Shown in pieces: positions 52,181 to 64,000 of a DNA stretch of 64,000 nt; the stretch's first letter is position 1; every line of letters starts with the position of its first letter. The notes below the pieces were generated by a model. It made no database searches. It was not told the origin of the DNA and saw only the letters and a list, made by a program, of their open reading frames with translations. A program made the translations under genes and the position numbers. The stretch is from Eledone cirrhosa (Eukaryota), in assembly GCA_964016885.1 (NCBI GenBank), contig OZ024742.1:123442001-123506000 (forward strand). The letters are read 5' to 3'.

Positions 52181-54829
52181 GGCATCAAAATAAAGTGTGA
52201 CAATTTAATACATCAGAATACCTCACACTTTTTTCTTCTGAAATCATTTTGATTTATTCTGAGTTTCATGTTTAGATGTGGTCTTATTCTTTTTAGTAGC
52301 AATCTGTTGTAGATTTTTGCTATAATTATTGACAAAGTAATCCTCTGTAAACCCTTCTAGGGTGACCTGGATTATTGCAGCACTATTCCTTCTCTTCTCC
52401 AGTTTTTCAGTACCTCTCCTTTGAAGTTCTTTTTACCTTTAGTCATACCTAATTAGTTTTTTTCTCTCATGGTTATCATTATCATCTTCATTAGTTTCCA
52501 CATTTGCTATTCTATGCTCTCATGGATTGGATTCAAATTTTACAGGTATTTTTTCTATATTTGGCTGCCCTTTCTGGTGCCAATCTGTACTTTTAAGTAT
52601 GTTATGTTTTTACTCATCTTCATTGATCTTTTGAACTGTGGGACATATAGTTTATGTAAGATATGAGCAAACATCACCAATTGTTTCTGAGCAATGCCAA
52701 CACATACATATGGAAACACTCACACACACTTGTATTTATATATTTTCACAAATACACATACATTCATTATATATAAGCTTGACGATCAAGCTTAATTGAC
52801 CATTCAATTTACATAAAGTTAATATCTTTTCTCAACTATTTCCATGTATTATGTACCTTATTTAATCGTAATCACATGACAAGTGACATGTTATCTATCT
52901 ATATATGTTGGGCCTCCACACATTTTCACTGTATCAAATGTTACTTACAAACCATTGATCAACCTTAGGCTACAGTCACAGGCTATAGTCAGACACTTAA
53001 TAAAAGTGCCATAAATTTGGATCACACTCCAAACTATGTGGTTGTGAAGCAAATTTATTAACCACATAGCCATGCTTAACTATGGTAATTCCCAAAGTAC
53101 CTATTTTATAATTAAATTGTCATTCAAGTTTCAGTGAACATTTTATAAATATTATTGTAAAAGATAGTTGACACATCTCACTAGCTGTAGAAAAAGTATA
53201 AACAAATAAATAAAATGCCTAGTTTGTAAATATGGGTAAATAGGATATCTACCATAGAGGGCATTCTATTACATTTCTTGTTTTAAAAAGAATTCACAAT
53301 GGAATTTTCTCATTCATAGTAGTTTCTAGTTTTATTAAAGAAATACAAAATTTCTCTTGTATTACATTTTCCTTTTTTTTTCTGCCAAACTCACTGTCGA
53401 TACATGGACAAATTATTGTTTTCAGAGTTTTCTCCCCAAGGCTGAAATGTGACAGCTTGACTCCAATTATTCGAGATAAATATAAAATTAAATTAAACAG
53501 ACAAAGCCAGTAAATGTAAGAGTTCATAGGACATGTCTTTGTTTTTTTCTCCTGAAAGCTTTTCTTTAAAAGGAGATGACTGATAGGTCACTTTGGTGAA
53601 TTGAATAGTTTAATTTCTAAGGCAGAAAAAATAAAACCTCCAAAAATGAGAAATTGGTCAGAAAATGGCATATTAAATTAATGGTTAAAAAGGGAAATAG
53701 GAATCTCATTAGGTTGCTTAAATTAATGGAACCTGGTAATTATTCAATGAAGAAATCTGTAATTAAAACCATTACTTTGTAGGATTGACAATAACTTGGT
53801 TTAGACTGAGGTTATCGTTTTAGTTAAGCATTCCTGTAGTCTGTCATAAAACAAAATCAGTATTATCGGCATAAATATATTGTTTCAGCTATTGTATCAA
53901 TGAATGATCCCCACATTAATTACTAAAACTATGTTGTGCTTGTTAGGTTGGCTTCTAACTTGATAAATTAGTACTATAAATTACGTTACTATGAAGTAGT
54001 AGTTATTTTTTAGATGAACAACCAAACATATCATTTATCTTTATGATATTCAAAGGGCAATAGATTTAATGCATACTAGTTTCAAATTCATAAAATGTTA
54101 CAAAACATCAATGTCGAATTCATCTTTTATTATTTTTCGTTTTGTAAAATATATATCAGTTACACAATAGTGTTGATTCAATCAACTACAAGTTCAAATC
54201 CAATGGTGTCATTTAGAAGAAATTCTGAAATGCCCCAAATTCCAGAACCTAAACTTTCTTTTAGTGAGAATTTTTATAAATCTAAGTATTTTATTTTTAT
54301 ATGTATTCTAAATTTATATGTATTCTAAAGTTTGTAAATTGCACTTATATTTACTATAGCCTATTGATGTTAAAAGATTGACAACAAATTCTATTTATGA
54401 TATGGAGAGGGCAATTCATTAACTACCATACTGGTTTGAAATTGAAATTCTGCAACAAAATATTTTCTAATTTCGGCACAAGGTCAGCTAGCGAGGATCA
54501 AAGGGAAAGTTGATTATATCAAACCCAGTGCTTGACTGGTATTTTATTATATCGAGATCAGATAAAAGTCAAAGTTGATCTTGCTGGGATTTGAAACTCA
54601 AAGTGCAGACATCCAGAACAAATACTGCAAAGCATTCTAGTTAATTCTCTGACTGCCAATCAACTGTCCTCAACAAAATAACATCATTATGATAAAATCT
54701 ATTATTCGTTTTGATTTTGGAAAATAAGTACCAGTTACACTCTGGTGTTCATCATGTGCAAGAATAGATCCAATGTTGGTTTTTTTATTTTTTCTGGACA
54801 AAATAATTGATATTATATTGCATTACTTA

Positions 54830-54967
54830 TAGTTACGTCCCGTTACGGTCTGAGTTCAAATACCACCGAGGTTAACTTTGCCTTTCATCCTTACAGGGTC
54901 AATAAAATAAAGTATCAGTAATGTACTGGATAATTGATGGCCTTGTGCCAAAAGTAGAAACAATTAT
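54830..54967 (+). mobile_element. OK-like SINE (5'-truncated)
   Basis: Colinear with the other copies. Confidence 0.85.
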
Positions 54968-56889
54968 ATTGCATTACTTAACTTATTTGGAAAGGTACTT
55001 GATCATCAACTCTGAATGCTATTTGAATATATCAATTCAGGGAACATTTTTTTTATCTCATCCACTTGAACATTTGAAACCTGAACCCCATGCCATATAT
55101 ATATATATATATACGATCCCTGATCATGCGTATCTGCACAATCTATTAACTTTGGAATTCCAATATCCAGCTAGTAAAATACAGAATGTTAGAAAATTCT
55201 TTTGTATTACATGGTTTAAATCTTGAAACCTGATGCATGCAGACAAGTTTGAAGACCAACCATCACACTGAAGGATTTTCTTGAAGATGACACTGGGATT
55301 GAGGAGGGGGACATTTTTATGGCAATGCTGGTCAGGTTGAGTTGGAGATGAAACTTCATCATGGCACCAGTATCTGATGTATAGAAGAAGAATCTAAAGA
55401 CTTTGAATCTCTAAAGAAATATACTTGTTATCTTGAAAGCTATATAAACGATAACATTTATCAAATGTCCACATATCATTGAAACCTTTTGAGATCAAAC
55501 CACTTGAAACACTTTGTTACTCGGATAGAAAATTGTCTATTCTGTTATATTTATCTAAATAACTTCCATCATAATTTTATGTAAAAGCCTATAAGTTCTC
55601 TCAAACACTGATTATATGAGAGATTTATATTACTAAACCCCTTCAAATTCTTCATTACTTTTTAAATATTTTGAAATTTATGAACAATGTTTTTTATTAG
55701 CAGTATATAAAAAGCATTAAAAAGATCAATAATAGCCTTATTAACCAGTTTATGTCCTACTTAACTTAAAGTCTTGGCAGCCCTTTTGTATCAAAAGTTT
55801 TTTATCAAGCCTTGTAACTTACATTATGCACCACTAAAAAATATGTGAATTGATACAATGTAAGTAAATGTAAGTCTACTGCCTTTGGCTTTGGATATAT
55901 CTTCTTCCACCTCTCCTAAACACAGATATAGTATCGCAATTGAAAACATCACTATTTCTAATCAAAAACACAACTGTTAACATCTAATCATACAGCTACA
56001 TTAGTTTCTTGAGAACTAGCACTATCTCAAACAATAACAGCAACATCCTTTACCAACAATCAATAAAACTATTACCATTACCACTGAACACAACAAACTT
56101 AGCACCCACCCCCTTTCAGCCTACCTCTCCATTTCTTAGTCATTTTCCATTATCAGCATTGTTTTTAGTGAAGCTATTCTCTCTTATCCAAAATATTCCA
56201 TTTGCAGCTATATAAATATTTCATTTGAACAATTTACTTCTTAAAATTGAAAACATTTGCCATAAAATCTATTTGAATAAACAGTATGAATGTATTTAAA
56301 GTAGCTGTTAGCTCAGAACTAACAATTGAATGTTAACCTATCTACAACTTTCTAAGATCAATATTCATCTCCCCCTCTTGGAGCAGGGATTTTAACAGAA
56401 ATTTCCTGGCTGAAAAGCATTGTGAAAGCTGCTAAATGTAATAGCATATTCATATTGACTAGAAATCACCACATCATTTAATCATGTGAAACTGAAGTCA
56501 GTTATCAACCAAACAGAAATAATGTAGATTGCATTCTATTGAATGTGCATCAAATAAAGTTGTGTGAGTCAGCATTGCTTATAAAATCAGTTACTCCAAA
56601 CAGCAAAAGAAACTATTCATTTCTGAGTGAATATTTGAAATTTAAAATGTTCAAATTATTATCTCTATAGTCATGCTTCCAATTAACCTTAAAAAGGAAG
56701 TTTGTATTACTGAGGTAATCATTTACCAATTAGATATTTGAAATTACATGGCAGAAGAAATGCAGTCATGATATTCAACCTTTTAAGAGGTACTGGCTGT
56801 TAAGAATTGAAACCAAACCATGAATTCAATTTACTGAAAAGTCACTAGTATTAAAAACGATTTCTAGCATAGAGCATAAGGTAAAAAAC

Positions 56890-57148
56890 TTTAAGAGATA
56901 GTATAATCAGCACAAGATGTTTATGATTTGCAGGACATTACTGGAGAAATAAGTAGGAAGTTATACACACGTTACTATTGTGGGAACCAGCTCACGAGAG
57001 ATGCAGCAGAGGAAAATTTCTTGAACATCAAACAACTCTCACACAATACAAACCTCAGTAGTTGCCACGAGCAATGGAAAATGGTGAATCGTGGAGAGAC
57101 TTTTTCAGAAATGTTCGCCTGTAGTCGCAATGGTGATGATGATAATAA
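56890..57148 (+). pseudogene. Old non-LTR retrotransposon C-terminus relic; similar relic at ~55150-55392
   Basis: FAGHYWRNK*EVIHTLLLWEPAH resembles the GHC.RS..E.....LLW.P.HG C-terminal motif of RTE-group LINEs; short repeat tail. Confidence 0.55.
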
Positions 57149-57279
57149 GTGAAATCAAATCCAATGCTTAAGAGTACTATTGTTAATTTCCACAAGAAGG
57201 AAAGACAAAGTTGATTCTGGTAGAATTTAAACTCAGGATATAAAATCACATACAAAACAACTTTGCATCCATTAACTTA

Positions 57280-57658
57280 ATAATTGTTTCTACTTTAGGC
57301 ACAAGGCCAGCAATTACCCAGTGCATTACTGGTACTTTTTTATTTTATCGACCCCGTAAGGATGAAAGACAAAGTCAACCTCGGCGGGATTTGAACTCAG
57401 ATCGTAAAGGGACTATGCTGGAAAGCATGGTGTCTGACCCTCTACCGATACTGCCAATCCACCATGATAATTGTTTCTACTATTGGCACAAGGCCAACAA
57501 TTACCCAGTACATTACTGGTACTTTATTTTATCGACCCCGTAAGGATAAAAGGCAAAGTTAACCTCGGCGGGATTTGAACGCAGAATGGCAAGGGCTGTA
57601 ACTCTATGCGTCAAAGCAAGGCGTCCGGCCTTCTACTGATACTGCCAATTCACCGCCC
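57280..57658 (-). mobile_element. Two tandem OK-like SINEs
   Basis: Same two-subtype arrangement as 25849-26230. Confidence 0.9.
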
Positions 57659-58504
57659 TAACTTAATAATGATAATGATGATTTCTAATTTAGGCACAAG
57701 GCCAGACATGTTGGGGGTATACATTTAAAGTGACTCCACTATTTGACCCCACTACTTGACTCCTACACAAGTAAAACCTGTACCACCAAGCCTATCTTCT
57801 CTCTACTACCATAATATGGTGCAACTCCAGATTTTTCTGAAGCCTTCAGGAGTCATTAAGATCTGCATATTTGCAGATACCAATCACATTATTGCATATT
57901 AACTTGGTGCTCATTATCAACCTATACTATGTCACAAAGGTAGTGATGAGTCTAGGTCAACATCACTGCAAATGTCTTTTGCTGTCACTCTCATATTAGT
58001 TTGTACACTATATTGCACACCTGCTTATGAAATGATGTATGACACAGCAACTCTACCCGTTTTCTTGTTTTAACCAGTTTTGATGACCAGGCAATACTGC
58101 CATAAACTCTACATCAGTTGATGGAAACCACATAATTCCCCATGTTGAACAGGGTTTCTATTAACTGCTTACTTGAGGGCACATTGAGAACTCTATTTTT
58201 TAAGAGTTTTTTGAGGGGCAGACCCAACTTATAATTAGTTTAATCTTTATCAATCACATTTAAACTTTATCATCACCATTTAACCATGCTTGCATGGTTT
58301 AGATGTGTTGTCATGTTCTGAAACTAGACCAGTCACATAACCATGTCTTGCTTATATGTTCAGTTTTGGCCTGGTTTCTGTGGCTAGATGCCCTTCTTAA
58401 CCACTTTATACTGGAGGCATTTTGTGACACCAGCTCTATCATGTTTCAAGGTGAACTGGGTGTTTTTCTGTCATGACACAGCACTACTACCTCACCGGGA
58501 GGAC

Positions 58505-58855
58505 TCTTCTTCTTCACCCACTTATTCCTCGGCAGGTTGTAGGGACAGAGTCCTCAAATATGCTTTTCCAGTGAGTTCTGTCAGAAGCTACTATCTCCAA
58601 TTGATCTGGTTGGATCCCCAAGCAAGTCCAGCTGAACTCATGGATGTTATCTATCCATCTTGCTTGGGGTTTACACCTGGGTCTCTTGGTAGTCGGTTTT
58701 GCCCATACATCTCTCCAGTGATTCTTTCCTGGGACATTACAACCACATTTGTAATATCAGAGCTCTAATCTCTGTTCAAAAGAGTAGTGGCTCAACCTCG
58801 AGCGACTCTCTGATCTCTGAGCTACACAATCTATTGGGTAACATTACTCCAAAGT
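58505..58855 (-). mobile_element. 3' fragment of Expander/Rex3-like RTE
   Basis: Similar to 13400-13750. Confidence 0.75.
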
Positions 58856-59334
58856 TGTCGCTTGGGCAACCACTGTGAAATTTTTTCCACTACTGCGGGT
58901 TTGGGTTGTTTGATAATCTGTATTTACAAATGTATTCATTTGTAGGATTGTCATATTTTCCTGTGTACTTTTCCAAACATTTTTGTTTGCAATTTCTACT
59001 TATTTTCTGTTTTTTTCCTTTTAAAGTCTTTTTTCTCACAATATTCAAAATTTTTCTTGAAATTCTCTAGAGTATGTACACTGCTTCTGTGTGGTTAGCA
59101 CTTATCACAATCCTAGAGAAAGAAGCCATATTGAAATACAAGTAAACAAATGTTTACAAAATGTATAAAAATGTTCAAGATAAGAAAATTACTTTTGCAC
59201 CCCAAGTTAAGCAGGTGGACAGTAAAATGTTCCAAACTCTTCTGTTAGTAAGCTAACTCCCACCAAACAATTTCATGCTGTAAAATCTGGGTAATAATCC
59301 AATATCATTGAGACCCTCCAAAACAACAATATTA

Positions 59335-59757
59335 ATAATGATGATTGACATGAGCATCCAATCAGATCAAAACATCTCGATAGAGTTTCAAAAGTATATA
59401 TAATGATCCGACAATTGAAATTTAAAAAATGTGGCATCTTAAATAGTCAATGCACTTGGAATGATAATAAAAGGAACTGAAAAATATTTAGACCAGATAC
59501 CTGGAAAGCCATCTCTGCAAGGGATACAGAAAATAATGCTGACTGCACTGTCCATATCCTAAGAAGGGTATTATCAATTTAAATACCTTGCAAAGACATT
59601 TACTGTTGTTTATGCCCTTATGGCATCATTTGTATGGAAATTGATTATAAAATGTGTTTGTATTATCAAATTATGCCTCAGGTGACACGTTGACACTCTG
59701 CATGATATAAGAAAGAAGCAGATTTCAAAGGAAATTTCAAATAATAATAATAATAAT
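59335..59757 (+). pseudogene. R4/Dong-clade non-LTR retrotransposon, restriction-like endonuclease C-terminus with (TAA)n tail
   Basis: MIDMSIQSDQNI..KMWHLK..ALGMIIKGTEKYLDQIPGKPSLQGIQKI..TVHILRRVLSI* (with frameshifts), followed by aataataataataat. Confidence 0.8.
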
Positions 59758-62700
59758 CTTTTCAAATAAAATTTTAAAAAAGATAGTAATTATTAGATTA
59801 AATAGAGTACTTTTGTAAGAATGCTTTATTTTTTATTGGTTTAGTCTAGAGAACAGGGTGTTTCTTATAGCTCTTAAAGGTCCTCCCATACTGCTTAACA
59901 GAAATTGCTTGGTGGAGTTATATTCAGATTGCATACCTAAAGGATATAGATGAAGGCATGGATCTAGTGGGATGAGACACAGTAGATGCAAAACAAAAAA
60001 GGAAAAGAAATAAATGGAAGAGAATTGAATCAAGTGAGTTTAGATGGAAAGGTACACAGTTGGAAGTTTATTGGTAAAATATCATTTATTAGCAACAGAA
60101 AAACTAAGAGATGACTGTGTGTTGGAATATCTGGAAGAATATGTAATGAAAAATGAAATATGAAGTATGATTTATGATGGAGTGTATGAGGCTTTACTGA
60201 TATATTTGCGCTTTTACTGCAAAGCGAGGATAAAGGATTTGTTTTGAAATGGATATCTTTATTTTAGAACTTGTGGCCAGGTCTTCCAAGAGATATTTCA
60301 CAAGATGGAACAAGAGTGCTTTTGGGTCCTATTGGGGTGCCTTTCAAATTTCATGAGGGAATGAGAGTTATTTTATAAAGAGAGGGTGGAGCATGAGACA
60401 TTTACAGGCATTTCTTTGTCCTACTAGGTCCTGGGTCAAAGAATTAGCTGATTACATCTCCTATAAGCCCATATTGTTGCTTTCAAACCATCTAGATATC
60501 ATTAGTCTCAATTATAACTGTTCATAGGTATTTAAACAAAAAACAATAATTTAAAATTGAATTATTCCAAATATTATCTTCATGGTTTTTATAACAGCAT
60601 TTTTGCCACTGTACCATCCAGCCTTTTTTTAGTCGTATTTAGTAGTATTTCCAGAATTTCTAACCAAACCTTTTGACCCACTAAGTTGATTGCTTTTATT
60701 TCATTGTGCCTGCCCAAATAAATCAATTTATAATAAGGATAATTTCATATCTCAGTAATTGAGACACAAGAAACCCCAGCATTTAATACAAACTCACTAT
60801 ATTCCATGCAATGTTAGTTGGTCATATTATGTCATCTATGATGAAATGCTGCATAGAATGATTATTAGATGTATAATGGTATTTAATATCTTAATACTGT
60901 GATTGTTCTGAAGCAGCATAATCATGACTCATAGTTGCTTAGTGATCATTTTTTTCTCTTTTGTCAGATGTATTATTTTTTAATATATATATATATATAT
61001 AGACACGCACATGCTGACACTCCCACACACTCACACACGCACACATATGAAAATAATTTTGAAAGATGAAAAATGTCTATATTACTGCTGTAGAATTACT
61101 AGAAAAGACATCATTTACAACCTATGTTATGACTGTACTGCTTTCACATATTCTTCAATAATGGTACTCACAGAACATAACTCATTACAATGAGAGACTA
61201 ACAGAGATTTCACACAGTTATTGAATGTTGTTTTATTAACTGTTTTTATATTTTTATATCTAACATAGTTTGCAGTCATAAAAAGCATATTTCAATAAAA
61301 TTAGCTTTCTTTGTGAGTTGTCAGATTTCATCTTACAATAGATGCATCTTCATCTGTAAAGTGATGGAAATTTATGCATAGTGTTTCTTAAAATATATAC
61401 ATATACAGTTATTCACTTGTATACACATATACTAACATTATAGACAAGATAAATGAAAAAAAATATATAACAAAAATATCAGTTAGGAAAAGAATTGAGT
61501 ACATGTATAAAATAAAAGATAGTTAAAAGAAAATATTCTTGTGATGATCTTCAAAATTGCTTTATATATGCTTTATCAGTAGAAAATATCCAAGAACATT
61601 TCCTGTTCCTGTGATATTATCAGAAAGTGTGAGTCACTGACTGGTTTCAAAGAAAAAAAAGCTATAAACAAAAAAAGCTCTGTATATGGAAAACTGAACA
61701 AATATTACACAACATTAGATGAAGTTTTCAAGCACATTTTCAAGCAATAGTTTTCATTCTTAAATTGAACTAAAATATACATCTTAGCCCATTTTAATGC
61801 AAAACATTTAATCTGACCTAGCTTGTACCATAGTCATTTTAAATTAGACACAAAACTCACACACACAGATTTTGAATTTAAAGTGAGTTACATGTTCAGA
61901 GAGATCATCATTATTACCTTTGTGATTCAATGCTTGCATGGTTTGAATGGGTTTTCAGCACATTTTATTGCCCCTTGTTGCAGTGTTTGAAGGTCATCAA
62001 GCACACTTACTGCCCATCTCTTCAGTCAGCTACTACTACAGCTTCTTTCCACTGGCATCTCTTAACATTGTTTACCCAATGACCATCATCCATATGCAGT
62101 TTGCACTGCATTCTTATCCCTACTTTTTATCTCAGCTCACCTGTACTTTGTTGTTCATGCACATTAACATTACACATTCAATTGTTACTACTCACTACAT
62201 TTATGCATAGAGTTAGAAAATGTTTTGGGGAATGGGATAGTATTAAATATTGTCCTCAGAAAAATAACACTGGCTCATTAATAGTGAAGTTTTTCAGTGG
62301 AAGAATTGGAGGTTTTAAATCCACTGACAAATGGCAATTACTTCTTAAGACAATTTAAGGGCAAGATTTATATATATTTCTGCTTTAGAAATATACCATC
62401 AATATCAGATAATGCAGAATAATGAGATTGATCAAAATATTGTGATGATAATACAGTTTATTATAATATATCTGAAAAATAATTTGTATGCATGTATATA
62501 ATTGGACAGCAATATAACTGAAAAAATATTATCCATGTGATTTGTGCTAAAATACATTTGTCACTTACCTTCACAGAAGGATATTAATTTGAAAATAGGT
62601 TAGATATCTACATATTAACTAAAACCAAGAATAAATATTTGGCTGTTGTCAGCATTCAAAGAGGAAATTACGATTATTTTTGTAACTTCTCTCTGAAGTA

Positions 62701-63669
62701 CATTTATTAACATTTTGTTTTTCCCTGCAAGTATATCTTGGATAGATCATTATGATCCAAATCAGTTATTCAAAATTACTGTATTTTTAGATGGGTTGAG
62801 GAATCAATCTTTGCTCATAATTCCCTATTTGTTATGGTTTCTATGGCTAGATAGCCTTCCTATCATCAACCCATTTACAGAGTGTACTAGTGGCATTTTT
62901 TTTTATTGTGGCATCAGTCTTCAGAGATTGTCATGTCCTTCTTGTAATTGAAATGTTTTCTCTACCCTACATTATATCTGTTCTTTAGCTAACCACTTCA
63001 TAGAATCTCCTGGGTGCATTTTCTGGCACTAACACAAGAAATATTCTCTTGTCATTTAAAAAGATAAAGAATCCTCTTTGCACCATGTAGTCTTTGTTCT
63101 TTCAAAGCAAACATGGCCACGAGTATGATAGAAAAGAAATGATAACCAAGCTAAAAAAAACAAAACAAAAAAAATGGAAGATGTAAAAATATTTCTTCAT
63201 GTTTCATTACATACAAAATTTTGGTATTAACTCAGTGGAAGATAAGGATTTCATGTTTAAATTATTTTTACAATTCATTAGTTAGGTATATATATATTAT
63301 ATTTGCAAAGCTGTAATATATAGATTTTAGCATTTGAGGAATTTAAAATTTTAGCCATGAAATCTTACTCTATATACATAGCAGTTCATATTAAAAATAA
63401 TTTTGCTTTGATCTTCATTGATGGATACATCTACTCTAATGGTAATAACCAACAAAATTTCTTTGCAACAACTATTCTTTTTGTTAAGCAATAGTAAAAA
63501 TTATCAATCTTCTATAAACATATCATAGCACACATCTAAAACAGTTTCTTTGAAAGTTCAACTGTGGTACTTACTATCAGCAGAATCATGTCATTTGGAG
63601 GATACAGACAACACTTGAAACATATATTCAACCACACTTTTACCCAAATTGTATCTGTTATCATTTGAT

Positions 63670-64000
63670 TGAAGAATTTGATTAGAATCAAAATGCCTGA
63701 GAGTAAACTTAGCCAAAGTTAAAGTGCTAGTGAATAGGAGAGAAGATAGGACCCTGATTTCTACAGGGAAGTGGTCCTAGGAAGTGTAGAAGGGAGTAGG
63801 TATAAACTCCATACAATATACTCAATGTAAATCTTGGTTACATAAGTGATATAGTGGAATAACTAGTAGGCTAACAGGAAAGAAGACTTTGTAGAAGATG
63901 CACAATGGTAACTTGGGGGAAAATAGCCAGTGATGTAAGCCTATTCCAGTCACTGGAAGTACTCATAGAAGTGGTTGATAGCTTCTGATATCTAGGCAAT
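63670..64000 (+). mobile_element. Degraded RTE LINE fragment running off the window
   Basis: LESKCLRVNLAKVKVLV..GKWS..VVDSF*YLG; similar to 19350-19690. Confidence 0.85.

Noticed and set aside
62563-62700. Perfect minus-strand donor AAG|GTAAGT
   Set aside because: Candidate exons upstream of it contain stops in the frames checked; an isolated motif.

Overview
This is eukaryotic, AT-rich, repeat-dominated DNA. The repeat content ((TA)n/(CA)n/(GAT)n microsatellites, OK/OR-like tRNA-SINEs, abundant RTE LINEs) suggests a coleoid cephalopod, probably an octopod; that assignment is inference. No host protein-coding gene can be confidently called, and most track ORFs are microsatellite artefacts or antisense to LINEs. 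The window holds about 10 copies of an RTE LINE whose reverse transcriptase carries a C4HC3 (PHD-like) finger between RT motifs 6 and 7; the ORF at 1-1170 is uninterrupted. It also holds a second RTE family (Expander/Rex3-like), an R4/Dong endonuclease relic, a Penelope GIY-YIG relic, several SINE families, an inverted pair of TTAA piggyBac-like MITEs and a Helitron-like element. The main hidden signal is a set of type-I minimal hammerhead ribozymes: four with intact cores (16972-17032 -, 23192-23271 -, 24761-24830 +, 31901-31999 +), two degenerate copies, and two fold-back hairpins anchored on hammerhead 3' halves. The families differ in their (near-)palindromic helix III, consistent with a diverse population of non-autonomous Penelope-type or retrozyme RNAs. 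Other signals are tandem H-type pseudoknots in the LINE/SINE 3' tail, a perfect 110-bp inverted repeat, and CpG-rich promoter-like islands. All alignments and folds were done by eye.
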